Positions 1 to 10,915 of a stretch of DNA of 64,000 bases are shown in pieces; within the stretch, counting starts at the first letter, position 1, and the number at the start of each line of letters is the position of its first letter. Source of the stretch: a virus; the IMG/VR virus record IMGVR_UViG_3300050500_000608. One strand, given 5' to 3'. A program made the translations under genes and the position numbers. The notes under the pieces are model-generated. The model saw nothing but the letters and a program-made list of their open reading frames with translations. It was not told the DNA's origin and did no database searches.

Positions 1-667
1 CCTGTATACGCTCCGGAGTTATTCCTTTTACAGATTTCTCCATCATAGCAAAGTCTATTTCTGGCAATCCATCCTTACCTAACAGAATATTTCCATCACG
101 CCCGCGTTTGTATGGGATATCTTCTAATGTGGAATTGGGATCTAAATCCTTGATCACTCCGAGTACTTTCTTATTGACATCTGTAAATGGAGTATAATCT
201 CCATTAAACACAGATGAAATGTCTCCATCAGATAGCCAGTTATTGACCTGCTTTTGGAAGTACCACTCATTCGAAGGCGAAGAAGCTCCTTTGGATTGAG
301 CCTCTTTCATCTTTGCCATTCCTGCTTTATATCGACGTGTAGATTGCTCAGCCCCCTGTATGATAGGATCACTGGCTATTTTGGATGTGAGTACACCCAC
401 AGAATTTACCAGTTGCTGATTGGAGAAATCACGCTGAACGATCTTACTTACTTCTCCCTGCAACTGCATAGTACGCTTCTGTAAATAGTCTTTCTGCTCA
501 GGCTTGATTACTTCAATACCTGCAACAGAATCTATATAAGATTGGACCTTCCTTACCCCTTCATTGTACTGCATCTGCTTTGCCATGCCTACGCGCACAT
601 AGTCATCTACAGGCAGCTGTGAGATATAAGGATTGAATGGTATAAGTTGGTCTGTAAATGATGCCAT
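1..667 (-). CDS. Large virion cargo-like protein, N-terminal part (runs off the window)
   Basis: Hand translation from ATG at 667: MASFTDQLIPFNPYISQLPVDDYVRVGMAKQMQYNEGVRKVQSYIDSVAG. It directly follows the 1776-aa gene, where Crassvirales carry cargo/virion-RNAP genes. Not in the ORF track because it is truncated. Confidence 0.7.
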   Translation of the reverse strand, partial: MASFTDQLIPFNPYISQLPVDDYVRVGMAKQMQYNEGVRKVQSYIDSVAGIEVIKPEQKDYLQKRTMQLQGEVSKIVQRDFSNQQLVNSVGVLTSKIASDPIIQGAEQSTRRYKAGMAKMKEAQSKGASSPSNEWYFQKQVNNWLSDGDISSVFNGDYTPFTDVNKKVLGVIKDLDPNSTLEDIPYKRGRDGNILLGKDGLPEIDFAMMEKSVKGITPERIQ

Positions 668-671
668 TTCT

Positions 672-3600
672 TTACTTTTTATTCAGTGGAGGTACAGTCA
701 TAAGCGGTAGATTTCTACGTTTCATTTCCAGATCCAGCGCTCTTTGCATCTCTCTGAGATCAAAATCATCATATTCTGTATAACCTTTCACGTTACCCTG
801 TGCATCATATCTGGTTACTGTACGCAAATCAGGAGTCTGATTAGCTGCCCGATTTCCTGAGAAATTGAATAATGCATTAGGACCAAAGTAGGTGGCCTTC
901 AGACCGCCATCTTCTTGGGGCACGAATCTATAATCATACAGATTTTCGTAAGCTGCCAGACGCTTGTTTTCATATCTATTCTGCATATACTTACTCGATA
1001 GACTGTTCACAATCATCTGGTTTGTTGCACGAGTATTACTACGTGCCTGCGACTGACGTACCATCTGAGTATCAGCCAGTGCCAGGTTCTTCAGATTGGC
1101 ATCATTGAGTAATGCTACATTCTTGTTGGTTACATCACTGGCTATTGCCTGGTTAGTTCTAAACTCCTCACCTTTTACGTTAGTATCAGCAGCATATTTT
1201 TGAGCAGCAAGTTCTCCGAGAGAGGATGGATTTTGTGCTCCGACAGCCCTGCGCAGGGCATTAAATGAGTTCTGATTTGCATTCAGCCTATCCTGGAAGC
1301 TTACCTGGTAGGGTTGATAGAGTTGTGGTTCATACCGCTGTGTAGGTACGGGCTCTACACTATTGGTAGCTGCTGCATATATCTCTCCAAGGAGCTGGTT
1401 TATATGCAGCGGTTCTACATTGCTGGGCAGATTTACATCATCTGGTGGATTCAATGGATCATATGGCGGTTCCACTGTACCAGGTCTGGGTCTTTGTGCA
1501 CCTGGAGTGAATCCAGGCACATTAGGAAGATCATATGGGGTAAATGGAGGTGCCACAGAAGGAGTTTTAGCCCCTGGGCCATATCGAGTACCTTCACCTT
1601 GTTTCATGGTACCAACCATGAGTTCGAACTCAGCAGGACTCAAATCACCTACTTTTGCATTACTTAATGCACTCAAGTCATACTTATAAGGATGTTTGCC
1701 AGTCCATTTATGAATGGCCTTATCAATAGGCAAATTCTTGTACTCAGAACTTTTCAAAAGGGTACGCATTGCCTTATCGCCAGCTTCTTTGTTAGGGAAA
1801 ACAGCGAAGTTCCCACCATCATCAGCAGGTGGGCCTTTTATGGCACCCATTTTCTTGGCAAATTTGCCCCATTTGATATTACCTGGATTGTTATTGCGAT
1901 CCGCCATTGTGGGATCATTTATAGCTCCTCCTGCCTGGTAGTACCCCTTACCTTTTACTTTCTTTCCCTTCTTGGCTTTTGCCATTCTGCCAGCCGAGAG
2001 CTTTTCAGCATCCAGTCCAAATTCATCTGCTGTGTCCAACATTGCTTTCTGTAAAGCAGAAAGACTCTCCTTCTTCTGTGCCAGATCACGTTGACCCAGC
2101 TCTCCGCCTTGCATCATTACCATGCCTGAATTGAACTTCAGCTTCTCGAATTTATTGGAAGGGTTGGCTTCATTGACATACTTGGATCCACTTGTTTTCA
2201 ATCTATCGTAGTGTTGCTCCTTCTTGGCAATCTCTTTAGCGACAGTTTTGAACTTAGTTCTTGTACCAGGCAGGTACATATTGCCAAATATATTCAGGTT
2301 ACCTTCTGTATCCTGCGCAGCATATTCTCCACCTTCAACTTCTACAGGTGTACCATTATAGTGCATACCGATCCCACCGTTATCATGAGAAGCACCTTGA
2401 AACTCTACTGTGCCACCATCGTAGGGATTGTATGATGCAAGCTTGGAGTTGCCACCCCACATAGTTCCTATTTGTCCGCCATCATCATAGATCACACCCC
2501 CTTTTTTAAGGCTGGCTGTAGCCCCTGCGATAGGAGGAGTAGGAGCACTTAAATAGGATGGTCTCATCGCAAGGTCACCTCTCTCAGAGAAGGATACCTG
2601 CCGTGTTTTTGGATCATACTTGTATTCTCTACCATAGCTCTTTGTACCCTCTGTGTTGCTTACGCCAACAGAAGGAGTAAGCTGGAGACTTGCAAAGCGT
2701 CTTCCATAATTCAGATTCCTTACATCATTTTCACCTTCTTTGGTACCATATAATGGTTGACGACCCTGCTGCACATTGTAGGAATTCACATCCTGTAATG
2801 CTCCAACATATTCATTATAGTCCTCAGGATTGAGCGTAGACTGAACTTCAGCAGGTGTCAGATAATCATCAAATGGAGTATCCTGCACATACTTCTCTGC
2901 ACCAGCCATATCTCCTGTCCTTCTCAGACCTGTAAGACCTGTGAAATAATCTTTGAACCCTTGAGGATTCTTTGCTTTCAACTTGTCATTTAGAATGTTC
3001 TTGAAATGACCCAGTCTGGCGCTCGCCTGATAATATTTTTCCTGCGCAGAAAGTTGGGGCGCGCCAGGTGCTGTATTATTCACCTGAGTACCCATCTGGG
3101 CCTTACCAGCAGCTACCATTCCAAAGTATTGTTTCTGCTTCTTGGTGAGTTTCTTACCGCTTGCTGTACCATCTCTGAGCATCTCTTTTGCTTTTGCTGC
3201 ACTCAGGCCCGCGCGAGCCATTGGATATTCCATAACTCCATCCGCATTGAAGTTATAATCCTGTCCAGGCATCATCATCATTTCCTCTCCTAAGGAGCCT
3301 TTTTGAATAGGACGTGCCATTATAGGTTGAGAGACTCCCTGCATAGTAATATTACCACCAGGTATAATATTGTAAGGATTGTTAGCAGTTGCACTACCAT
3401 CGAGATAGCCAGTATTATTGATTGGACCTCCCTGTTGGTACTGTAACCATTGCTCAAAAAGATCTGTGTTGGGGTATCGAGGACCTACTTCACGGAATTC
3501 TCTACCATTCCAGTTGACCTGACCGCCTTCTTTATACTGAATCCACTGTTCAAGCAAATCAGTATTTGGATACCTGGCAGGCACCTCACGAAACTCTTTT

Positions 3601-6002
3601 CCTGTCCAATTTACCTGACCGCCATCTTTGTATAGTAGCCACTGTTCCATCAGGTCAGCATTGGGATATACAGCATTCACATCATTGATGATAGCATCAC
3701 CATTTACTGATCCGCCTTGTTTGTAAAGAAGCCATTGCTCCAGCAGATCTGAATTGGGGTAGCTGGCACCTACCATCCTGATATCAGCCCCACCATTCAC
3801 ATTACCTCCCTGCTCATATCGCTTAGGGTAGAAGTTGCTCATGTTGTCAGGAATGATCATTCCTTCTGCGCCTTTGCGCTTTCTGGCCATCTTTTTTAGT
3901 GTCTTTGCCAAAGCTTTCCTCCTTGGTGTGCACGTTTTTTTAGTCATTGGCGTACAGTAACCCTTGTGCTTGGGGTTGATAGCCTTCTGGATCCAGCCGC
4001 CGTCCTTCATTTTTGGCTGCTGGACATAGGGCTGTACCGTATCTACCATATTACGAATATCCTGGTTATTCCTGAGTATTTCATCTCTGAGAGAGAGAAC
4101 GGTTTTTCCATAAGCAGGATTTTTCTTCAGATCCAGGGGTTGTTTCGCTGAAACAGGGATTTCATAGAATGCACGGCTGGTCCCTTTATGATACTCCTTT
4201 TCTGTATCAGGTGTTAATACCCCCAGTCCATTATAGGTCTGAAGGCGGTAAGCGTCCGTAGCAGGAATCACCCCTTTTCGAGCAAGAGTTTTGGCATAGG
4301 TATTCTTGTCTTTTAAAGCTATACTTAGTAGGTAGGGTTCTATATCCTCATTTCTCATCTGCTTGAAAGTCTCCCAATTTGGCTCGATATATTCCTTACT
4401 CCTGACATGCCCAAGATTGTCATCGGTGGTTCCCAACTCACTTTCCTGCATCGCTACTGCAAGTGCATCATATGGATCAACTCCTTGAGCTTTCGCATGA
4501 GCAATGATCTTTTGTATAATGGCCTGGGGGGCATCAATAGTTTTAGCTGATTTGTTTTTGAATGGTTTGCCGGTAGCAGGATTGATTTTTCTTTTATCAT
4601 CCAGATGAATACTCTTCACCGTGTCCTTTGGCAGATACAAATTCAGTATGCCATGTTCCCTCGAACGGTTATCGAGCACACCCCCCTCCTGCATTGCACG
4701 ATAACCTGCTGCGGTAGCACTATCCTCTCTTTCCTCAGAGGAAATAGGTGAAATAGCTCCTGCATCCATGAAATCTCTCCAGGCTTTCTTATCCTTGAAA
4801 TATATACTACGTTGTTTGCCCGGCGCATTCTCATCTCTGACAGTAACAGAATATTTGGTAGGCTTTTGAGATAGATCCGACAGTTTTCCCGATGGTGATA
4901 TTCTACTTGTGGTAGTCATATCTGTACCTCTTACTCTGGAGGATTTAAGGTTCGGTAACTCTTGTTGTGGCTCACCATATCTTTGTATTCTAATCTCCTT
5001 TTCCTTTGGACTAAGCATATCCCAAGGTTTAACTGCTACGGGATCATATTCGTATATTTTAACACTATCGCTAAAAAGACCTGATCCAGGATCAATATTA
5101 TTATAGACCTTTAAATATTGTGGATTAATTCTTCTATCATATAAAGGAGCAGGAGAATTCAAATCTAATATACCATCATACGCTTCTCTCTGAGTAAATT
5201 GGTTATTATCAACTTTTTTATAAAAATCGTCTATTGTGAAATTTTTGTCATTCCATTCTCCTTGTTGAACAGACCTTGAAGTTACAGGATAGTTTCTATC
5301 AAGAAGTTTGTTTTCCATATTTTCTCTAACTCCTGCAAGATTAGAAAATATGTTATTTTTAACTTTAAATTCGTCTTGTTTTTTATAATTTTTGGAATTG
5401 TAATATTTCTCAATTTCCATCGCTCTTCTATATAACTTTAAACTATCTTGTCGAGTGGCCTGACCACCTGCCTGTGCGCTGGGTGTATTACCATCATCCT
5501 TGATATATCCACCATATTCAGCAATAGCCTGCGATCCTGTACCATATAGGTCGGGGTTATAACCCATCTGGGGCTGTGCTGGCGTGTATTTAGGATACCA
5601 GTCAGGAAGTATTGCATCAAATGCTGCAAGGCCCAATAGTGTTGCCTGACCAGGATTAAGTCCTTTCTTTCTCAGAGAGGCTGCAGGTTGCTGTGGCTGT
5701 GTTACGGGCTTTTTAGGAGCAGGTCCCCCCATAGGATCCCAGGTAGCTGTGCTGGTCATATCACCAGTAGGCTGAAAAGGTGTTATACCCTTGATATTAT
5801 CAAAGGCATTCATAGGAGGCTGCTGGGGAGGCTGGAGCATATTCTCCAGCTTCTTGAAATAGTCATCTGGCATGCTATTCAATGTGATTGGAGGGGCCCC
5901 TGTTTCGCCCATTCGCTTCCCCATCTGGGCTTTTTTCATCTTCTTGCCTGCCTTGGCTTTAGGAAGGCTGCTGAAGAGTAGCTGCTTCGGTTTTACCTTC
6001 AT
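672..6002 (-). CDS. Virion cargo-like protein (1776 aa) with two lysozyme-like domains and internal repeats
   Basis: Downstream of the muzzle gene. SLT-like motif GVDPYDALAVAMQESELG, second muralytic-type motif ADRNNNPGNIKWG...FAVF, four ~32-aa YPNxDLxEQW repeats. Confidence 0.7.
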   Translation of the reverse strand: MKVKPKQLLFSSLPKAKAGKKMKKAQMGKRMGETGAPPITLNSMPDDYFKKLENMLQPPQQPPMNAFDNIKGITPFQPTGDMTSTATWDPMGGPAPKKPVTQPQQPAASLRKKGLNPGQATLLGLAAFDAILPDWYPKYTPAQPQMGYNPDLYGTGSQAIAEYGGYIKDDGNTPSAQAGGQATRQDSLKLYRRAMEIEKYYNSKNYKKQDEFKVKNNIFSNLAGVRENMENKLLDRNYPVTSRSVQQGEWNDKNFTIDDFYKKVDNNQFTQREAYDGILDLNSPAPLYDRRINPQYLKVYNNIDPGSGLFSDSVKIYEYDPVAVKPWDMLSPKEKEIRIQRYGEPQQELPNLKSSRVRGTDMTTTSRISPSGKLSDLSQKPTKYSVTVRDENAPGKQRSIYFKDKKAWRDFMDAGAISPISSEEREDSATAAGYRAMQEGGVLDNRSREHGILNLYLPKDTVKSIHLDDKRKINPATGKPFKNKSAKTIDAPQAIIQKIIAHAKAQGVDPYDALAVAMQESELGTTDDNLGHVRSKEYIEPNWETFKQMRNEDIEPYLLSIALKDKNTYAKTLARKGVIPATDAYRLQTYNGLGVLTPDTEKEYHKGTSRAFYEIPVSAKQPLDLKKNPAYGKTVLSLRDEILRNNQDIRNMVDTVQPYVQQPKMKDGGWIQKAINPKHKGYCTPMTKKTCTPRRKALAKTLKKMARKRKGAEGMIIPDNMSNFYPKRYEQGGNVNGGADIRMVGASYPNSDLLEQWLLYKQGGSVNGDAIINDVNAVYPNADLMEQWLLYKDGGQVNWTGKEFREVPARYPNTDLLEQWIQYKEGGQVNWNGREFREVGPRYPNTDLFEQWLQYQQGGPINNTGYLDGSATANNPYNIIPGGNITMQGVSQPIMARPIQKGSLGEEMMMMPGQDYNFNADGVMEYPMARAGLSAAKAKEMLRDGTASGKKLTKKQKQYFGMVAAGKAQMGTQVNNTAPGAPQLSAQEKYYQASARLGHFKNILNDKLKAKNPQGFKDYFTGLTGLRRTGDMAGAEKYVQDTPFDDYLTPAEVQSTLNPEDYNEYVGALQDVNSYNVQQGRQPLYGTKEGENDVRNLNYGRRFASLQLTPSVGVSNTEGTKSYGREYKYDPKTRQVSFSERGDLAMRPSYLSAPTPPIAGATASLKKGGVIYDDGGQIGTMWGGNSKLASYNPYDGGTVEFQGASHDNGGIGMHYNGTPVEVEGGEYAAQDTEGNLNIFGNMYLPGTRTKFKTVAKEIAKKEQHYDRLKTSGSKYVNEANPSNKFEKLKFNSGMVMMQGGELGQRDLAQKKESLSALQKAMLDTADEFGLDAEKLSAGRMAKAKKGKKVKGKGYYQAGGAINDPTMADRNNNPGNIKWGKFAKKMGAIKGPPADDGGNFAVFPNKEAGDKAMRTLLKSSEYKNLPIDKAIHKWTGKHPYKYDLSALSNAKVGDLSPAEFELMVGTMKQGEGTRYGPGAKTPSVAPPFTPYDLPNVPGFTPGAQRPRPGTVEPPYDPLNPPDDVNLPSNVEPLHINQLLGEIYAAATNSVEPVPTQRYEPQLYQPYQVSFQDRLNANQNSFNALRRAVGAQNPSSLGELAAQKYAADTNVKGEEFRTNQAIASDVTNKNVALLNDANLKNLALADTQMVRQSQARSNTRATNQMIVNSLSSKYMQNRYENKRLAAYENLYDYRFVPQEDGGLKATYFGPNALFNFSGNRAANQTPDLRTVTRYDAQGNVKGYTEYDDFDLREMQRALDLEMKRRNLPLMTVPPLNKK

Positions 6003-6007
6003 TGGTA

Positions 6008-9000
6008 TTACTTGTAAGAGATCATAGTCTCTGTTAAAATGAATTGAGATGTAAGTCGTACATCTGACCTGTTATCAAGAATATGCCTTATCCGACAGTC
6101 CTTTGCTCTCAATGGATATTTCCTGAAACTGCGCACAGAATAATCCATATTGTCGTCATTAAGCACTTTGTCATCTGATAGGTTCTCGCATTGTGTCAGC
6201 CAGATAGGTTCTCCATAATCACGCACCACATCCCATAACCCATTGTAATTGTAGAAGTTATCTGACTTTACTACCAGGATATCTACCCCATTACCGTTAA
6301 TGCGCGGATATTGCAGATAAGATAATAAATTATTCTTGGGTTTGAATATCAGATTTCTCATCCCTGTACATTGCTGATCGTTCGATATAATTGCCTTATT
6401 AAAGTATATATCATTGGTCTGCACAAAGCTTTGTGCATTTGTTATCCTGTTGACTTTAGTATAATCTTTCACACTCTGCAGGATTTCATCTTGCGCGTTA
6501 TAATGAAATGGGTAGTCCAATATATAAGCATGTATATCGCCATAAAAGTTATTGAAACCAGTGTCTGTGGTATCATGTAACCATACAGAATTTCCATTCG
6601 GATTGTTGCTATAGAATCTGCTTATATCCTGGATATAGAAATTTGGTAGGTAACTATGGAAAGAAACCCACATCTTCATCGGGATCCAGTAGGAAAGAGT
6701 GAAGCTGGTACTGCAGAACATCGTTGGATCAGTAAGCGATACTTCTGCCCCATTCAGAGTAAATATGTCCAGTTCACTATCGTAAACAATGGCACTGTTG
6801 AGTGGTCTATAATCCAGTTTCGTGATAATGATTCTGTCGTAGTAATTGTCGTATACACCATGCAGACCTATGCCTTTAAAATGATTATCTATACTATAAT
6901 TCGGGAATGCCTTCTGTATCTGGAAAGGTAGGTTGTTGGTCAGAAACTTGCTCACACCCTCATTTCCGATATTCTCCAGACTCTGTCCGCCTATCATAAA
7001 TACCTGTCCACGCTTGGCATCAATAGTGAAGTGCCCATATTCCGTTTTGAGCAGGAATTTATGTTGTGTGCCAGCGTATCCTGTATCCGTCTCAGCGAAG
7101 TCCACAGGTGGAACATTGCTGTTGAACAGAGATTGTCCAAGATAAACATCTCCTATAGACGAAGCTGCAGTCAATAATGCATTGTACAACTGCATTTTGT
7201 TCTCAAAACGTGCAAGTACCTGCCTTGTCTCCAGCCCATCCAGAGAGATTAGTCGTCCATAGTTCAATGGAAAGTCGAAGAACGCAGCTGGTCTATATAT
7301 GAGCCAGTTGTTCCTGAAGTAGTTTACTACGTCTGACTGCCTCTCAGAGAAGATTGCTTTGTTAGGGAACATATGTCTGCAATCCTCACCAGGAACAAAA
7401 TCAACGGGAAGTGTGCTGAATACATTTTCTGTGTTTTGCTTTGAAAAAGTCTTGTTGTATGTATAGGTATTGTCCTGAACGATAGGAACAAATGACTCCT
7501 GTAACCAGTCATCAGGGACATCTGTACCTACATGTGGATAGAAATCTCCTTCACGCGCATTAGTTGCCTGCCTGTAATCCACATTCACCTGGCTTTCCAC
7601 ATAGAAGTTTACTATACCATAAGCGAATAGGTAGATCTTACCTGCATCATAGAAGAAAGCACTGTTTTCACAATCAAAGTTGTTTACTTTGACACCAAAC
7701 AGGCTTCCTATGCCAAATCCTCCACCATCTCCACGCCTGATATCTGTAGAGAACCAGTACCTGGGAAACCCGATGTTTCCGAGCTCATCATAGAAGACAT
7801 CACTTTCATCCGGGAAACCAACCCTATTGTCAATAAAGAAGGGTATTTTTCTCTTGAATGCGAATTTGTTAATGAAGGTATCTCCGCCAAATACATCTTT
7901 GAAATGGGGACCTGTGAAGTCGGCAGATACATCTATAAGGAACTGATATCCTGTGTCAATGGCATCATACGAATAAATCTGGCCGTATTGATCTGGGGAA
8001 GGAACCTTGATAGAACCGTAATAAGATGATATATCACGGTTGTAAAACCTATTTTGGCATCCTACTTCTCCGAGAGTGAAGCGTGAATTATCCTGGGGAA
8101 TACCAGGTATGGAATCGGGGTAGGGTAAAGGAGCAGTTGTCCTTAGGTAAACTGAGGATTCACGCTGATAATTATTTACAATGTTCTCATCCCCTACACC
8201 CTGCAGACCAGGTGCCAAATATGCTGCAATATCTAATCTGCGGATTTTGTTGCCTGTATCATTAGGCAAAGTGGTAGTTTCTGTATAGTTACCTACCGAA
8301 TTGAACTGGTAGGCCATATTCTTTTTGGGCAACAATTTGAAGATGATATCTTCCAGTATGGTAAATGCAGTGAATGCCGCTGCTCCATCAAAAGGTTGGT
8401 TGGACACACCATACATACCTGATGCAAATCCTATAGCTATACCTACTGCCAGTGCAGTAAGGTATGATTCCAGTGAAGGAAATCTATACTTGGAGTGATC
8501 CTTTACCTGCACAAAATGCGAACGTGTACTGCCGTATTCTACTGTTTCTATTTTGAGCACAGTACCCAGGAACGGCTGAAAGAATGATGTATCGGGGCTA
8601 TGGAAGGTATACCGCATCCCACTGGCCGTCTCAGAGAAGCCATCAAGAAGATGGCTGCCTACCGGAAGGCGTGGGGCAGCCACATAGGTTACTTCTGCAC
8701 TGTTGCCAGTTATTTCACCATCTACAGCAGTACCAGGAGTTGGGAAATCATATACTTGTGCTGTTAGTACCAGTGTATGATCAATGGAAAAATCCACACC
8801 ATTGACAAAGCTGTCAAACGATACAAATCTTGGAACTCCGCCCAGAATTTGCAACGTCGTATGTGTATCTATACGTGAAGAGTTAGTGCGCTTTAAATTA
8901 GTAACCAGTATCCAGGAATTTGTGTTGTCTACTGTCAGTTGTCCTGTGTCGTATATCACTGTCGAATCGAAGTACACACGAAGACGCTTCTTCGTAGTGG

Positions 9001-10915
9001 TACCACCAAATGTTCCTCTATAAGTACCTACCACCTTATCATTATCGACGGTAAGTGTATCTAATGGAATAGTTCCTTCGTATAGGATTGTCTCAGATAT
9101 ACCAACACTCTGAGAAGATTCAAATGAACCAAAGAGCTGCTGACTCAACATTCCAGTAGCCGAATTACTGATAAAAGGATCCGGCCTCAGATCATTGAAG
9201 GGGTAATTGGGATAGAAATATTCAGTTCCTTCTTTTGCATATTGTCCGACATTGAAAAGCAATCCTTTTGCAATAACGGACTTTGCATTAGCACGATTGG
9301 CCCTTACTACTTTCACCGCAGCAATATTGTTCTTCTGATCTTCGGTTAGATTAGACGACCTGATAGCCTCATAAAGAGTTTGCATATCAATACGTAGACC
9401 CAATGGATATACATTCCCTCCATCATCGTGATGATTAGTAATTGCGTTATCAGGATACTTGAAATGGCGAATGGGTCGTCCCTGGAGATCTCCCCATACC
9501 GGCTCATTGCAGGGGTATGTCTCAGTAGATTGCCAGAAGGAGAACTCACCAAACTGGTAAGGACCCTGATAGCATGGATCGTCCGGATCATATGCAGGAT
9601 CTATACCTGTAACACTGGCTGTATTGTATACTTCCCAACGCTGTTTAGGCTCAGGTTCTTCACAAACATTTCCGTCCTGTACTACATCTGCATTATCCAC
9701 AATTACCAGATCTGAGGCAAGTGGTGCTCTTCCAACCAATGGGAATCTATCTGTCTGGTGACCATTTCTCAGGATGAACACAAGATCATAAGCATATACT
9801 TCATCTCTCATATATCCTCTGAGACCGGCTGCATTCAGTTCGTTTTTATATTGTTCCTGATCTGGCGGCAACTTCCAGCTTACCCATTGCAGTTTTACTT
9901 TACTGGCAATATCCTGGTAGTTGAGCCGCTCGGTTGTAGTCATGCCTTTGAATACCAGTATATCATTCACTGTAGTAAGGTCATCTGCTGTATCGTAGGA
10001 AGGAAAGCGTTCGAAAATATCGTTTATACTAAGTGTTATACCTGCTTTCGACTGACCTGTGTATACGATGTTCTGTACAGGACCTTGTATAGGAAATGTC
10101 CCAACCAGATCAACAGATGGAATACTGTTGATTGTTTTGATCACTGCTATGTTGAAGAACTCGTATAAACCTGTTGTATCAATATTGCTGATGAGAAGTT
10201 CTATAGATTTACCTACTTGGTAATTGAAATCAGGAGTAACTTTCAGCGGATCGAATATAGGTAATGGATTAGTGATAGAATAATACGATGTATATGGATC
10301 TCCCAATGAGCTTGCATACTGAAATGCGAACTGATAACTGCCAGCAGTGAGAGTACCATCCGATTCCACATCCGTATAGCTTACCTGAGGAATAAAGAAC
10401 TCAGGCATCACACGCATTTTATTACAATCTATCTCCGCAGAAGTATTATTCTCACAACCTTCCAACCTTTCAACGAATGGAAGATTATCCAAATCTATAT
10501 AGCGCATAGGATTAAATCCATCTGTCCAATAGATTTCAGTAGAACAGTTTGTAATCTTGTGAACTGCCTTCATGATCGGATAGTTCAGATTGAAGTTCAA
10601 GCAGTCCGCATTGATCACTGTTGAGTAGGTACAATCAATAACTCTACCTATCTCAGAGAGGGATGAGGTAGGATTGGCGAGGAAAAGGATTTTGATGTTC
10701 TTCTCAACTATATTATGTGTGCCGATTACTCTATATCCATCAGGAATATCAAAGCAGAACGAATTCTGAGTTTCATTCTGGTAAGTAATAGCATTGCCAT
10801 CAAAAGCCGATATCATTGCATTCTTGGCATAGGCCAGCTGACCAGGCTTGATCTGGGCAGTGATTGAATCCAGGTTCAAACCCAGATAGGCATTGTTAGG
10901 TCTTATTTGACTCAT
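6008..10915 (-). CDS. Tail stabilisation / muzzle protein (P22 gp10-like)
   Basis: 1635 aa. N-terminal GLNLD...YAKNA motif, beta-rich composition and position after the ring-protein genes match Crassvirales muzzle genes. Confidence 0.8.
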   Translation of the reverse strand: MSQIRPNNAYLGLNLDSITAQIKPGQLAYAKNAMISAFDGNAITYQNETQNSFCFDIPDGYRVIGTHNIVEKNIKILFLANPTSSLSEIGRVIDCTYSTVINADCLNFNLNYPIMKAVHKITNCSTEIYWTDGFNPMRYIDLDNLPFVERLEGCENNTSAEIDCNKMRVMPEFFIPQVSYTDVESDGTLTAGSYQFAFQYASSLGDPYTSYYSITNPLPIFDPLKVTPDFNYQVGKSIELLISNIDTTGLYEFFNIAVIKTINSIPSVDLVGTFPIQGPVQNIVYTGQSKAGITLSINDIFERFPSYDTADDLTTVNDILVFKGMTTTERLNYQDIASKVKLQWVSWKLPPDQEQYKNELNAAGLRGYMRDEVYAYDLVFILRNGHQTDRFPLVGRAPLASDLVIVDNADVVQDGNVCEEPEPKQRWEVYNTASVTGIDPAYDPDDPCYQGPYQFGEFSFWQSTETYPCNEPVWGDLQGRPIRHFKYPDNAITNHHDDGGNVYPLGLRIDMQTLYEAIRSSNLTEDQKNNIAAVKVVRANRANAKSVIAKGLLFNVGQYAKEGTEYFYPNYPFNDLRPDPFISNSATGMLSQQLFGSFESSQSVGISETILYEGTIPLDTLTVDNDKVVGTYRGTFGGTTTKKRLRVYFDSTVIYDTGQLTVDNTNSWILVTNLKRTNSSRIDTHTTLQILGGVPRFVSFDSFVNGVDFSIDHTLVLTAQVYDFPTPGTAVDGEITGNSAEVTYVAAPRLPVGSHLLDGFSETASGMRYTFHSPDTSFFQPFLGTVLKIETVEYGSTRSHFVQVKDHSKYRFPSLESYLTALAVGIAIGFASGMYGVSNQPFDGAAAFTAFTILEDIIFKLLPKKNMAYQFNSVGNYTETTTLPNDTGNKIRRLDIAAYLAPGLQGVGDENIVNNYQRESSVYLRTTAPLPYPDSIPGIPQDNSRFTLGEVGCQNRFYNRDISSYYGSIKVPSPDQYGQIYSYDAIDTGYQFLIDVSADFTGPHFKDVFGGDTFINKFAFKRKIPFFIDNRVGFPDESDVFYDELGNIGFPRYWFSTDIRRGDGGGFGIGSLFGVKVNNFDCENSAFFYDAGKIYLFAYGIVNFYVESQVNVDYRQATNAREGDFYPHVGTDVPDDWLQESFVPIVQDNTYTYNKTFSKQNTENVFSTLPVDFVPGEDCRHMFPNKAIFSERQSDVVNYFRNNWLIYRPAAFFDFPLNYGRLISLDGLETRQVLARFENKMQLYNALLTAASSIGDVYLGQSLFNSNVPPVDFAETDTGYAGTQHKFLLKTEYGHFTIDAKRGQVFMIGGQSLENIGNEGVSKFLTNNLPFQIQKAFPNYSIDNHFKGIGLHGVYDNYYDRIIITKLDYRPLNSAIVYDSELDIFTLNGAEVSLTDPTMFCSTSFTLSYWIPMKMWVSFHSYLPNFYIQDISRFYSNNPNGNSVWLHDTTDTGFNNFYGDIHAYILDYPFHYNAQDEILQSVKDYTKVNRITNAQSFVQTNDIYFNKAIISNDQQCTGMRNLIFKPKNNLLSYLQYPRINGNGVDILVVKSDNFYNYNGLWDVVRDYGEPIWLTQCENLSDDKVLNDDNMDYSVRSFRKYPLRAKDCRIRHILDNRSDVRLTSQFILTETMISYK

